Source: Ostreococcus lucimarinus
Lineage: Eukaryota
DNA: 64,000 nucleotides
Reading direction: 5' to 3' (one strand)
NCBI GenBank assembly: GCA_000092065.1
Contig: CP000581.1
Every line of letters starts with the position of its first letter. Positions within the stretch are counted from its first letter, which is position 1. The position numbers and the translations under genes are program-made. The notes under the pieces were generated by a model. The model did no database searches, was not told the origin of the DNA, and saw only the letters and a program-made list of their open reading frames with translations. This document shows positions 28,634-38,631 of the stretch, piece by piece.

Positions 28634-29644
28634 CTACGTTGAGACGGAAAACGACTCTCGCACGTTTCTGTAATTGGTGGTATCGTGCAAGCCCAGCGCG
28701 GTGTCGCCGTTGTCGTCGGCGCGAACGCGCTTGCGTTCGCGTTTGGGGGTGACTTCGTGACGTTCGTCTTTCGCGCGCGCGCCGTAGAGAACGTCTTCGT
28801 CCACATCCTCTCTCGTCGGCATCATGCAACCGTCCGTGCCGCCCAACATCGCGTTCAGCGCGCGCCAGTTCCCCATATCCATGTGCAACACGAAACTCGA
28901 ACGATCGTTTCCGCTCGCCGGTGGCGTCGTGTGCGAAAGCGTCGGCGCACCGCCCGTAGCCGAAGGCACGATGCCAGCGTTACCATCCTTGACCAAAAAC
29001 GCCGCCGTGAAGACGTTTTCGACAAACTGAGGAAAGCTCTCCGGGTTGTTCGTCCCGCGCACGACATCCGTCGCTCCTCCCGGCTGCTTCTTCAACTTTT
29101 TATTCATCGCTATCATCATCTTATCCGTCTGCCGCTCCGCCGCGGTATCTCGCACCTCGTCCGGCGCCACGCTCGGACCGAGCGCCTCTCTCGCGCGTCG
29201 CTGCGTCGCCCGCCGCTCCTTAATCTCCGTGTCCATCACCCCATTCATGAACCCCGGCGCCGGCGCCTCCCTAAAAAACTTCCCCGCCCCCGTCCCGAGT
29301 CGTTCCCATCGCACCTCCTCCCCCCACCGTCGCCGCAAGCTCTGCAAAAACGCCTTCGCGCTCACCGCCGCCCCTCCCCTCGGCCCCAACCGTTTCGTCC
29401 GCTCCAACGAAAACGCCGCCAGCTGTCCGTAGTGTTCCATGTCCAGGCACATCTCCCTCGGTTTATCCACGCCCTCGTTCATCGCGTCCGCCGCGTCGAC
29501 CGCGCGCTCCAGGTCATCGCACTCTGGTTTTTGCAGTTCCTCTTGATTCACGCGCGCCGCGTCGATCGCCGTGCGCAGCTCGCGTCGCTTCTCCCGTCGC
29601 TTCCGCGCGTCATCGCGCTGACTCGCGACGTCATCGCGCGCCAT
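28634..29644 (-). CDS. NSE4: Non-SMC element 4 (NSE4/EID3 family, kleisin of the SMC5/6 complex).
   Basis: C-terminal Nse4 signature SFPQFVENVFTAAFLVKDGNAGIV. N-terminal basic coiled region. The first ATG is MARDDVASQRDD at 29642-29644. The track ORF N-terminus to 29941 is discarded. Confidence 0.55.
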   Translation of the reverse strand: MARDDVASQRDDARKRREKRRELRTAIDAARVNQEELQKPECDDLERAVDAADAMNEGVDKPREMCLDMEHYGQLAAFSLERTKRLGPRGGAAVSAKAFLQSLRRRWGEEVRWERLGTGAGKFFREAPAPGFMNGVMDTEIKERRATQRRAREALGPSVAPDEVRDTAAERQTDKMMIAMNKKLKKQPGGATDVVRGTNNPESFPQFVENVFTAAFLVKDGNAGIVPSATGGAPTLSHTTPPASGNDRSSFVLHMDMGNWRALNAMLGGTDGCMMPTREDVDEDVLYGARAKDERHEVTPKRERKRVRADDNGDTALGLHDTTNYRNVRESFSVST

Positions 29645-29713
29645 CGTCGCCGAGCGGTCGCGCGCGCGTCTCCGCCGTCGTTCGCGTCGCGCGCGTCGTT
29701 TTGAATCTTTCGT

Positions 29714-29795
29714 CGCCCCCGTTCGGCGAAATCGCAAAATCGCCCCCGTTCGGCGAAATCGCAAATTCGCCCCCGTGTGGCGAAACGCAAATTCG
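29714..29795. repeat. Tandem repeat of a 27-bp unit (cgcccccgttcggcgaaatcgcaaaat), about 3 copies, in the divergent promoter/5'UTR between NSE4 and the RBR-like gene.
   Basis: Direct reading of 29701-29800. Copies 1 and 2 are near-identical. Copy 3 is degenerate (cgcccccgtgtggcgaaacgcaaattcg). Confidence 0.7.
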
Positions 29796-29837
29796 CGACG
29801 CGACGCCGCGCGCGCGACGGCAGAGGCGCGCGCGCGC

Positions 29838-31328
29838 ATGGCGTGCGTCGTGTGCGGCGACGATCCGGACGCCGACGGCGAACCCGTGCTCTGCGAGCGC
29901 GGACACGCGCTCTGCGAAGCGTGCTTCGACGCGCACGTCAAGACGGAGAGCGAAAAGGATGTCGCGGCATTGACGACGCGCGACGGCGAGGTGCGATGCC
30001 CGATGCGCGCGGCGGCGTTCGGCGACGACGCGTGCGACGCGGGATGCTACGAGGCGCGGATGATCGCGAGACGGTGCTCGAAAGAGACGTTCAAGGCGTA
30101 CGATGAGGCGAGGAGACGGGTGAACGAGGCGAAAATCGTGGACGAGACGGAGCGGCGCGTGGCGGCGGAGCGAGCGAGGATGCGAGAGAGCGCGGGGGCG
30201 GATGAGAAGTTGAGAGTGACTCGGGAGCACGTGATTGAGAAGATATTCACGACGTGCTGTCCGAGGTGCTCGCAGGCGTTCGTGGATTTCACGGGGTGTT
30301 TCGCGTTGTCGTGTTCGAGGTGTCGAGCGGGGATTTGCGCGTATTGCTTGGCGGATTGCGGGAAGGACGCGCACGCGCACATCGGATCGTGCGCGCAGGC
30401 GAAGGCGATGTCGGCGTGGAATTCGAGGCAAAAGAAGAATAAGGCGAATTTGGCGGCGACGAATCGCGGGCATCCCGCGGGGACGTACGGGTCGACGGGG
30501 ATGTTTGAAGAGGCGCAACGCAGGCGAAGGTTGGAGATGTTCGCGCTGTACTCCGAACACTGGGATGACGCGTTTTTACAGAGCGTGCTCGAGTCTTTGA
30601 TTCGCGAGATGAAAGACTTGAATATTTCGAAAGAAGATATCACGCGCGCGCGCAGCGCGAGGCTCAAGGTGAACAAGGCGCCACCAGCTCCCAAGCCCGC
30701 GCCAGGGCGCGCCCGCCAGGGCAGGCGTGCTGGCGTTGGCGCCTTTGCCGAGCGTTTGCTCGAGGGTGCGGGAGAGCCTTTTCCTCTTCCGGAACAGTGG
30801 GGTATCGTGTTTCCCGAAGTGCGACGGCGCGGCGCTCGTCGGGCCGTCAGAGGGCCTCCGAACGCCTTAGAGTGGGCACTCCAGCTGAGAGATCCGGTGG
30901 AAGACCAGGGGCGCTTGCAGGCGGAGCTGCGCGTTCGTAGAGCGGAAGAGGAGGCGCAACGTGAGCGCGAGAGACAGCGTCAAGCTCGAGAGAAGCTCGC
31001 GAAGAAAGCTGAGGCAGAGATACGCAAAAAAGCCGAAGCGTGGCGCATAAAAGGCGATGCAAAGACGAAGGCGGACAAAATGCTCGAGCAAAGGAATTTA
31101 GAACTCGCAATTAGCGCTTCGATGCGTACCGCGGCGGATGAGCGACGACGCGGCGCGCGAAGACCGGTACCTCTACCTGACGTCGCGGGACCTTCGCGCC
31201 CAGCGCCAGAGGTCGTCAGGATAGACGAATCTCCGCCAGAACGTCTCGCCGCAAGGCGAAACAAGCGTGCGAAAGCAAGCAAATCACAAGACACCGCAAG
31301 CAAAGACTCTGTGATTGACCTCACGTAA
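29838..31328 (+). CDS. RING plus IBR/RING2-type zinc-finger protein (RBR/TRIAD-like E3 ubiquitin-ligase-like) with a long K/E/R-rich coiled-coil C-terminus.
   Basis: ATG at 29838 (MACVVCGDD). RING-like module CVVCGDDPDADGEPVLCERGHALCEAC...RCPMR. Second module CCPRCSQAFVDFTGCFALSCSRCRAGICAYCLADC resembles the IBR/RING2 pattern CPxC....GC....C..C....C..C. The track ORF start at 29775 is GTG. Confidence 0.55.
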   Translation: MACVVCGDDPDADGEPVLCERGHALCEACFDAHVKTESEKDVAALTTRDGEVRCPMRAAAFGDDACDAGCYEARMIARRCSKETFKAYDEARRRVNEAKIVDETERRVAAERARMRESAGADEKLRVTREHVIEKIFTTCCPRCSQAFVDFTGCFALSCSRCRAGICAYCLADCGKDAHAHIGSCAQAKAMSAWNSRQKKNKANLAATNRGHPAGTYGSTGMFEEAQRRRRLEMFALYSEHWDDAFLQSVLESLIREMKDLNISKEDITRARSARLKVNKAPPAPKPAPGRARQGRRAGVGAFAERLLEGAGEPFPLPEQWGIVFPEVRRRGARRAVRGPPNALEWALQLRDPVEDQGRLQAELRVRRAEEEAQRERERQRQAREKLAKKAEAEIRKKAEAWRIKGDAKTKADKMLEQRNLELAISASMRTAADERRRGARRPVPLPDVAGPSRPAPEVVRIDESPPERLAARRNKRAKASKSQDTASKDSVIDLT

Positions 31329-31801
31329 ACTGTAGTATATATAGGAAATGCACGCGATGTAGTATCACTTTCGAGAAACGACGACTAGCGCCCAAAATAA
31401 GTCTCTTCGTCTCCCACGCCAGCGGGTAGCACCTTCACAACGTGCGGTGTCCCGCACGACCGCACGCGCACTAAGAGTGCCACGGGTAGAACGCACGAGG
31501 GTATTGTCGTGGACGTTTCGAGCTCGACACATGCAAAACTTCGCGCGCCTAAGAACCGACGCAGCACCAGAGACGACGGCGGCTCAGCAATTGGCGCATT
31601 CTACCGATCACTCGCTTTGTCGCGCTCTGAACGCGCTGAGCGAAGTGCTCCCACCGCTAGGTATTGCCATGAAAGGTTTGGTGCACTACGTTACGCGGAT
31701 CGATTACGACGCAGCGCTGGAAACGACGCTTGAATTGTATTACGGCGACATAATCTAAGACATAATCTAAAACGCGGCTCGCGCTTGTGAAATTACTCCC
31801 T

Positions 31802-32653
31802 TTACTCTTTCTTATTGTTCTGCCCGAAATTCTCAGGCGTCACGGTGGTTCTAGACTTTGTAAACAAGGTCTTAATGATCGCCGTTAACCAAATGACGTT
31901 CATCAACTGCAACGCCGCGCTCGCAAACGTGTACCATATGTATAACCAAAGCGGACTCGCTTTGCCCGCCTTGAACATCGAGTACGCGTCGCTGAAGTAC
32001 AAGTACATCATCGGCACTCCGATGAAGAAGCGGATGAACACCCAAAGCCCGAACCCAGTGAGTTCAACGATCTTGAAAACTCTCGTAGATCCCATTCCAG
32101 CCTTGATCATGATGTATCGCGCGGCCAAAAACGGCAGCGTAGCTTCCCAGAGCAGGAAATTCGCCGCGTACATGTGTAAAAAGCCCTTCGGCATGAACTG
32201 CGGCGCCAAGAAAGTCACCACAGAGATGACGGCGTGCAAAAAATACTGCATGCCGTAGTGCTTATGCGACACGATGGCGTCGTACATGAAATATCCAACC
32301 GCCAGGCACACCAACTCTTCGCACCCTTCCAACGGCGGCGACGCGTACATTCTGCTCAGCGTATCGGTCGACGTTTTCAGCGCTTTCCGCAGCAGCGCGG
32401 CCGACCAGACGCCGCATAACAGCCCCCAGGCGCTCGACGCGCATCGCACCCCGAAATCCATCGCGGATTTCGCGTCGAGCGTGCTCAAGAAGCGTTTATG
32501 GAATCGTTTGACGTAGAACAACGACCCGTACTGAATGGCGAAACAAATCACGAGTCCGCCGACGATGTGCGCGATTTGCGACTTGGACAGCGCGAAGTCG
32601 AGCGTCACCGATACCGGCGCGCGGCGCAGGGCGTCTTTGGCGAAGAGTTTCAT
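31802..32653 (-). CDS. TLC-domain (TRAM/LAG1/CLN8-like) multi-pass membrane protein.
   Basis: 283 aa with about 6 TM segments. LLWEATLPFLAARY resembles the TLC ELSTPFLN.RW motif. The gene is noticeably lower in GC than its neighbours. Confidence 0.5.
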   Translation of the reverse strand: MKLFAKDALRRAPVSVTLDFALSKSQIAHIVGGLVICFAIQYGSLFYVKRFHKRFLSTLDAKSAMDFGVRCASSAWGLLCGVWSAALLRKALKTSTDTLSRMYASPPLEGCEELVCLAVGYFMYDAIVSHKHYGMQYFLHAVISVVTFLAPQFMPKGFLHMYAANFLLWEATLPFLAARYIMIKAGMGSTRVFKIVELTGFGLWVFIRFFIGVPMMYLYFSDAYSMFKAGKASPLWLYIWYTFASAALQLMNVIWLTAIIKTLFTKSRTTVTPENFGQNNKKE

Positions 32654-32712
32654 GACGCGCGCGATGTAGTGCGGGTTCGCGTGATTTCGGTTTGAATTTC
32701 AAGCGCTACAGC

Positions 32713-33564
32713 CTAGTCCGAATCGTCGTCGCCGCCGTCGCTCTCCGACACCTCCTCGAAATCGTCCGAAATTGACGCCACGTCGTCGTCGTCTAAGTCT
32801 GGGTTTAAATCTAACGAAACGAAAGGCACGACGCGAGGCGCGGCTTTCGCCGCCGCGACGGCGTTCGTCGGCTTGACGAGCGCGCCCACGCCCGCGTCCT
32901 CGCGTTTCGGCAATTCAAAGTGCAGCGCATCGCCCGGTTTCCATCCCGGCGGCGGGGGCGGGATTCCATCCGGCCACGGCTCTCCGGGCTTCCATTTGCT
33001 CAATCGCTCGATGAGCTCTTCGGGCGGAATCGCCGCCGCCGCTTCGACCATCCTCAGTCTCGCCTCCTCCTTTTGTCGCGCCTCCGCCGCCGCCGACGCC
33101 GCCTTTTCTTTCGCACGCCGTTCAGCGTTGAACGCCGCGAGCCTGGACGCCTGAAAGTGTTCTTCCTGCGGCGCCGGGGGCATTATTCCGCACAGCGGCG
33201 CGCCGGGGACGTATCCCGCGGGCGCGAAGGTGGTGTAACTGATGCGTCGCGCGTAATCCAACACCTCGCTCACCTTTAGCTCGCCTGCGTGGTCGATCGA
33301 CGTTCACGTCAGTCTACGCGCGCGCGAGACGAAGAAACGAACCACGACGGCGGCGCGGCGCGACGTACTCTCCGGTGGAAGCTTCACGTGGCCTAAATTC
33401 GTCGCTCGATCCAACGCATCGCGGAGCGCATTTCGCGCGCTCGCGAGCTCGAGAGCGATGTCACCGAGCGCCTGGTTCGACGACGACGCCGCATCGACGT
33501 CCATCGCGCTCGTATCACCGACGTCGGTGGACTTCGCGGCGGATTTGCCGCGGCGCGGAGGCAT
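32713..33564 (-). CDS. MED4: Mediator complex subunit 4 (MED4). Two exons: exon 1 33369..33564, intron 33285..33368 (84 nt, GTACGT...CAG), exon 2 32713..33284.
   Basis: Exon 1 (track ORF 33304..33564, ATG at 33562-33564) ends ...HVKLPPE followed by GTACGT on the minus strand. Exon 2 (track ORF 32713..33273, which starts at an internal GTG) is preceded by CAG, and the phases match (split codon A|GC = Ser). Exon 2 carries the MED4 signature EVLDYARRISYTTFAPAGYVPGAPLCGIMPPAPQEEHFQASRLAAF (compare EELIKYAHRIS...APL.W.PGDP..PYPTDLEMR..LL). Confidence 0.55.
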
Positions 33565-33679
33565 GGCGACGACGAGGCGCGCTCTGCGGCGACGCGAACG
33601 ACGACGCGGGGAGACTTGGGCTGGTGATTAGATTCACTCGATTCGATGAGATGACAACGCGACGCATCGTAACTAATGT

Positions 33680-34408
33680 TTATGCCGACTTTTCGCGCCT
33701 GTCGCTGCGCTCGAGGGAGGCGACGGCCATCTTGCGCCTCGCCGCGGCGACGCCCTTCTTCACTTTGAGCGCCACCCAGTTCAACAACAGCGCCCCGCAA
33801 ACGCTCCCGATGATCGTGCCGTACTTCACCCAATCCTCAATCGTCCGGCACGCTCCGAGCGTGAGATACTTCCCCACCTTGAGCGCGGCGAAGATGTTCT
33901 TCTGCATCGTCGTGTACACGGGCGTCGCGCCCAAGACGTTGCTCGAGCCGTGCGTCGTCTCTCGTCCGCTCGTTCCCAAATACGACACGCTCACCGCGCC
34001 GCCCGGGAACGATCCCGATTTCTTCGGCACGACGACGAACGAATATTCCACGCTCTCACCGGGCGCGATCGTCGCGTACGTCGCGCTCAGAGACTCCTTG
34101 CCCGTGATCAACTCGAAGTCGTCCTCGTTCGCGAACCCGTCGTCGCGCGCCTTCACCTTTCTCGCCTCCGTCTCCCCCGCGTTCGTCAGCGTGACGGCCA
34201 CGGTGACGTTCGAGCCTTCGACGACGAGGTCCTCGACGATTCGCTTGCGAACGAGCACGCGCGCGGGCCCGGGAGGGGCGTCCGAGGCGTCGGCGTCATC
34301 TTGCGCGACGATCGGATTCGCGAACGATGCGACGACGACGAGCGCGCAGAGCGCGACGCGGGCGACGGCGCGCGCGGTGAACGCGCGCGTTTGTTTTCGC
34401 GCGGGCAT
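33680..34408 (-). CDS. SSR2: Translocon-associated protein subunit beta (TRAP-beta/SSR2).
   Basis: Signal peptide (MPARKQTRAFTARAVARVALCALVVVASFA). Lumenal domain collinear with TRAP-beta: ARVLVRKRIVEDLVVEGSNVTVAVTLTNAGETEA, EDFELITGKESLSATYATIAPGESVEYSFVVVPKKSGSF, GGAVSVSYLG. C-terminal TM plus short basic tail. Confidence 0.7.
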   Translation of the reverse strand: MPARKQTRAFTARAVARVALCALVVVASFANPIVAQDDADASDAPPGPARVLVRKRIVEDLVVEGSNVTVAVTLTNAGETEARKVKARDDGFANEDDFELITGKESLSATYATIAPGESVEYSFVVVPKKSGSFPGGAVSVSYLGTSGRETTHGSSNVLGATPVYTTMQKNIFAALKVGKYLTLGACRTIEDWVKYGTIIGSVCGALLLNWVALKVKKGVAAARRKMAVASLERSDRREKSA

Positions 34409-34495
34409 GGCGAGCGCGAAAACGGGACGCGACGCCCGACGATGTGTGCGGCGACTAGGAATGAATGAATGAAGCCGATCGCGCGGGCGAGCAGT

Positions 34496-35593
34496 CTACG
34501 GCGCGGGCGACGACGCGCGGCGGCGACATCGAAGCGTTTTTTCGCCGTCGTCGTGCCAAGATTTCACCCGCGCGGATTCGCGGTCGGCGCGACGGAGCGC
34601 TAAATCGTCCTCGATGACGTCGACGTCGAACCCGCGCGCGTCGAACGCGGCCAAGAGATCGCGGAACATGTCGGCGTAGCGAGACGCGTTGACGAGCCAG
34701 CAGACGCCGTCGCGCGCGAGTCGACGATCGACGCACGCTGGAAGCGCGGCGACGTGTTGACGCTCGTACAGGACGTCGGAACCGATGATGACGTCGAACA
34801 CGGCGTCGTCGGGCATGACGTGCCGCGGATTCGCCGCGGGCGTCGGAAGACGCTCGGCTTCTTTGGTCCAATCGACGGCGCGCGCGACGCACGCGTCGCC
34901 GACGCCGTTATCGGCGACGCTTCGATCGAGCGCGTCGAGCAAAGCGTCCTCGAAATCCGACAGCGTCACGAACGCCGCCCCGAGCTTCGCGCACAGAATC
35001 CCGCACATCCCCACCCCCGCGCCGACTTCCAGCACTCGTTTCCCTCGCACGATTTCCGGCGTTCGCGCCAATCGTTCGCTCAGCGTCACCGCCGCGTTCC
35101 ACAGTTTCGCCCCGACCCCGTTCCCGATCTCCGTCTCCAGCACCCGCACCTCGACGCCACCGCACGCGCGCGTCCGCACGCGCTCCCCATTCGTCGCCGC
35201 CGCGTCCTCGCACGCCCGCGCCGCGTCCTCGCACGCGCGCCGCGCGTCGTCGTCGTCGCCGAACGTCTCCAGCGCGCGTCGCGCCGCCTCCCCCACCCTC
35301 GCCCGCGTCGCCTCCGCCGCGTACGTCCGATCGCGTCGCGCCTCGCGCGCGATCGTCTCGCACGTCTTCGCCACCCTCGCCCTGCGCGCGCGCGCCCTCG
35401 CGCGTCCCGCGCCGTCGCGCGCCGTCGTCGCGTCTCCCCCATCCTCGCGGTCGTCGCGCGCCGCGCCGTCGAGCGCGTCGATCGCGTCCGCGCACCGCTC
35501 CGCGGCGACGACCGCGCGCACCGTCTCGCCCTCGCTCGCGCACGAGCTCGACGCGTCGGACGCGTCGCGCGTCTCGTCGCGCGCGCGCGGCAT
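34496..35593 (-). CDS. Seven-beta-strand methyltransferase, family 16 (FAM86/METTL21-like putative protein-lysine methyltransferase).
   Basis: KLWNAAVTLSERL...GKRVLEVGAGVGMCGILCAKLGAAFVTLSDF matches the Methyltransf_16 motif I / post-I region. DVIIGSDVLY matches motif II. ATG at 35591-35593. Confidence 0.6.
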   Translation of the reverse strand: MPRARDETRDASDASSSCASEGETVRAVVAAERCADAIDALDGAARDDREDGGDATTARDGAGRARARARRARVAKTCETIAREARRDRTYAAEATRARVGEAARRALETFGDDDDARRACEDAARACEDAAATNGERVRTRACGGVEVRVLETEIGNGVGAKLWNAAVTLSERLARTPEIVRGKRVLEVGAGVGMCGILCAKLGAAFVTLSDFEDALLDALDRSVADNGVGDACVARAVDWTKEAERLPTPAANPRHVMPDDAVFDVIIGSDVLYERQHVAALPACVDRRLARDGVCWLVNASRYADMFRDLLAAFDARGFDVDVIEDDLALRRADRESARVKSWHDDGEKTLRCRRRASSPAP

Positions 35594-35970
35594 CGCGATT
35601 CGATTCGACGCGCGTCGAATGAACCCGTAATAACGCTCGCGCGCGTCCGCGTCCGTCGCCGATCGGCGTCCTCGACGACTGGTTTACCTGGCCAGAAGCA
35701 TTCAAAGAACCGTTTGACAGGTTTCGCGAACGGTGATTAGAATTCCTTGATGACGGTGATTATACATTTTGCGCCGCGGCGCGTCGTATTTAAGCACCGC
35801 GCGCGCCCATGATCGACACCGCGGCGAGGCGATAAAAACCACCCGGCGCGCGCGCGAAAGTGCCGCGCCCGCACTTTTCGGCCGTTGCCGCGCGCGCGTC
35901 GAATCTCGCCCCGACCCGCGCGTCGTCGACGCCGCGACGCGAGCGACGACGGCGCGCGCGTCGACGCGCG

Positions 35971-38550
35971 ATGGCGTCGAGCGCGCGCGCGCGGTCGGCG
36001 GACGCGGCGAGCGCGACGACGCCGACGACGGCGGACGCGACGTCGACGATGTTTGATTTGGGGAAATTCGGCGCGCGAGGCGCGGACGCGCGTGCGACGC
36101 GCGGGACGGCCGTTTCGGCGGCGCGAGGCGCGGGTGGTGGTGACGACGCGGTCGACGCGTCGGGCGCGGGGGACGCGCGGGCGCGGGCGCGCGCGACGCG
36201 GGCGACGGGGGGGGGGAAAGAGGACGGGTTGTTGGAGGAGACGGGGCGGGGGACGCTGAACCCGTTCGATATGGACGGCTCGGAGCGGGAGACGGTTCGA
36301 TTGAAACCCGGGATGACGCGGGGGCAGTTTGCGTTGTTGCTGGCGAGCGAGTGCGCGCTGGCGGTGGGACTGTTTGCGCTTTACACGATGATTGGATTCG
36401 GGGACGACGTGTACTCGGAACTGGCGAACGACGGTAATTGGCGTTTGTCGTGGGCCATCGCGGGTGGAAGCATGGCGCTTTTCGCTGTGCTGTGGATTTT
36501 GGATGCGATGGAGGCGGCTAGATCGCGAGGGCGCGCGATCCGGAGGACGGTGACGTTTCTTTTCGCGAGCGTCGGCGTCGGAGGATTGGTCGTGAGCGGG
36601 ATGCTGAGCGTGAAGGAGTACGAGACTTTGCCGCTGTCGTTCTACGTGCTCTTCAAGGCTGGGCTCATTCGCGTGTTCAAGGGAACAGTGTGCAAGCGAA
36701 CGCACAACGGGTCGTTTTTACGACACGTGGCGTACGCGAGCTACTTCGTCAGCTTCGCCTCGTTGACCGCTTGGATCGTGTGGGTCTTCGGGTGGGACAA
36801 AAAGTGGAGCAAGCGATTATTCGATGAGTTCTCTTTGCGACTCGGTTGCGACACGACGAGCACGAATGGCTCGTCGAACGCTGGCGACGGCGAGGCGGGT
36901 GGTTGTGACAACGTGGCGTACATCATGTACGCCGCGCCACTCGCGGTGTCGGCTTTGAACCTCGTCTACGGGCTCTCCTGCACCAAATTATCAAAGCAAT
37001 CCAGCGCGTTGCAATTGATCGCGATTCTCGCCGTGCTGGTCGCTTTCGGGACGTGGGTCAGCGTCTCTCTTTCCGCTATCGAAATGGGCGTCGCGAACGA
37101 CGTCATTCAGCTCGCGGTAGTGTTTTGCGCCATCTTCGGCGTCGCGTGTCTCATCACCGCCGGGCCTCACCGCATTTACCGACAATTGAACTCTTATCAA
37201 CTGACGAAGAAGGTCGTGGGTTACACGCAGACCGATTTGGCGAAAGCTCTTCTATTTTGTTGCACGATGACGTTATTGCCGTTTACTCTGGCGATATCAG
37301 CCGTCAGCGCGGCTGCACGGCGCGTCGGTCTCACCTTGCATAAACCGCCGCCGGACGCGCCGAAAGACGGATTTCTCACGTACTCCACCTATGCTCTGTT
37401 CGCGTGGTGGTTCGCGGATCCAACCAAAATTTTCAAATACTCTGCCTACTTATCCATTTTTTATTTCACCTTCTCCATCGGAGTCGGCAAGGGCGCGATT
37501 CTATTTCTTGCATGGTTGGTGGACGTGCTTGGAAGTTTGAACGAATACGTCGTCATCGGGGTTTTCATCGCTATAGGCGTGGGTATGTTTTTGCTTCCAC
37601 CAGTGCCTGGCCCGCCCATTTACCTCACCGGAGGTATTCTCGTCGTCGGCACGTGGGAACCGAAGATTGGATTCTGGCCCGCGGCGTTTTTGTGCTGCCT
37701 GGTGTGCTGGTTCACCAAGCTATTTTCTTGCGCACTCCAGCAGAAGCTGATTGGCGAACAAATGGGCAAAAAACCCTCGATTCGTTACGCGGTGGGTATA
37801 AACTCGCTAAACATGCGTGCGATTCGATACTGCTTGGAACAGAAAGGATTCTCCAGAGCGAAGATTGCTATTTTATGTGGCGGCCCTGACTGGCCGACGT
37901 CCGTGCTCTGCGGCATTCTCAAGCTCGACTTGCTGCAGATCATGATCGGTACTATGCCTGTTTTGGTTCTTTACCTCGGCTACACCACCATCGCAGGTGC
38001 GCTCCAACTAAAAGTTGGCTCTTGCGGAGGTGACGGCGCCGCTGCGAGCGACTCGAGTAGCTGGGGTTTGTTGAACTCGATGTTTTTGGCTCTTGCGTTT
38101 GTGAGCATGCTGTGCACGTCTCTTTCAGCGGTGTACTACATGGAACAAACTGTTCTCACAAAGCGCGAAGAGCTGGATGCGATGCCTATCGATGAAGAGG
38201 TAGAAGAACTCGAACGACTTGATCGAGCAAAAGAGGAAGCTTACGCAGCGGTTACCGACTGGAATCACCTTTCGACTTTGTCCAAGGTTTCGATTGTCGT
38301 CGCGGCTGTGTCGGGAGTTTTGAGCTGTCAACTTGGCGCCGTCCTTTCGCAACGCTCGTTCGAATCGTTCTCTGTATCGTGCCCGGTTGCGGTCAAAGAT
38401 GTGGTGAAGCCTACTGGTTGGGTGTCAGTCGGGTTAATTGTGGTGTGCACGATTTTCACGAGTATTTTCAGATCCATCGCGAAAAAGAACGTGCGCTCTG
38501 TGCTCAACGTAACGCAATCCGCGGCGCAAGCCACGGCGACTCGTCCGTGA
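35971..38550 (+). CDS. Large polytopic membrane protein. The N-terminal region has about 8 TM segments. The C-terminal region resembles a DedA/TVP38/TMEM64-family domain.
   Basis: There are 14 or more hydrophobic segments. MFLLPPVPGPPIYLTGGILVVG and ILCGGPDWPTSVLCGILKLDLLQIMIGTMPVL resemble the two re-entrant loop motifs (G..P...G / P.W..N..G) of DedA/TVP38. The track start at 35860 is GTG. The first ATG is MASSARARS at 35971 (alternative MFDLGKFG at 36049). Lower GC than the surroundings. Confidence 0.45.
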   Translation: MASSARARSADAASATTPTTADATSTMFDLGKFGARGADARATRGTAVSAARGAGGGDDAVDASGAGDARARARATRATGGGKEDGLLEETGRGTLNPFDMDGSERETVRLKPGMTRGQFALLLASECALAVGLFALYTMIGFGDDVYSELANDGNWRLSWAIAGGSMALFAVLWILDAMEAARSRGRAIRRTVTFLFASVGVGGLVVSGMLSVKEYETLPLSFYVLFKAGLIRVFKGTVCKRTHNGSFLRHVAYASYFVSFASLTAWIVWVFGWDKKWSKRLFDEFSLRLGCDTTSTNGSSNAGDGEAGGCDNVAYIMYAAPLAVSALNLVYGLSCTKLSKQSSALQLIAILAVLVAFGTWVSVSLSAIEMGVANDVIQLAVVFCAIFGVACLITAGPHRIYRQLNSYQLTKKVVGYTQTDLAKALLFCCTMTLLPFTLAISAVSAAARRVGLTLHKPPPDAPKDGFLTYSTYALFAWWFADPTKIFKYSAYLSIFYFTFSIGVGKGAILFLAWLVDVLGSLNEYVVIGVFIAIGVGMFLLPPVPGPPIYLTGGILVVGTWEPKIGFWPAAFLCCLVCWFTKLFSCALQQKLIGEQMGKKPSIRYAVGINSLNMRAIRYCLEQKGFSRAKIAILCGGPDWPTSVLCGILKLDLLQIMIGTMPVLVLYLGYTTIAGALQLKVGSCGGDGAAASDSSSWGLLNSMFLALAFVSMLCTSLSAVYYMEQTVLTKREELDAMPIDEEVEELERLDRAKEEAYAAVTDWNHLSTLSKVSIVVAAVSGVLSCQLGAVLSQRSFESFSVSCPVAVKDVVKPTGWVSVGLIVVCTIFTSIFRSIAKKNVRSVLNVTQSAAQATATRP

Positions 38551-38631
38551 GACCACACTGTATTATTTTGTACACCTACAGTACAGTGTAATGAAAAATT
38601 CAATAACCAATTCGATAACTTACATCAGAAG

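Noticed and set aside
31330-31800. Hairpin-capable palindrome (gtgcgg tgtc ccgcac) and a short direct repeat (gacataatctaa x2) in the RBR/TLC convergent spacer; considered as ncRNA or tRNA.
   Set aside because: No tRNA-like cloverleaf elements (no GTTCGA-type T-loop, no conserved D-loop) were found here or elsewhere in the window. The structures are better explained as 3'UTR/terminator sequence.
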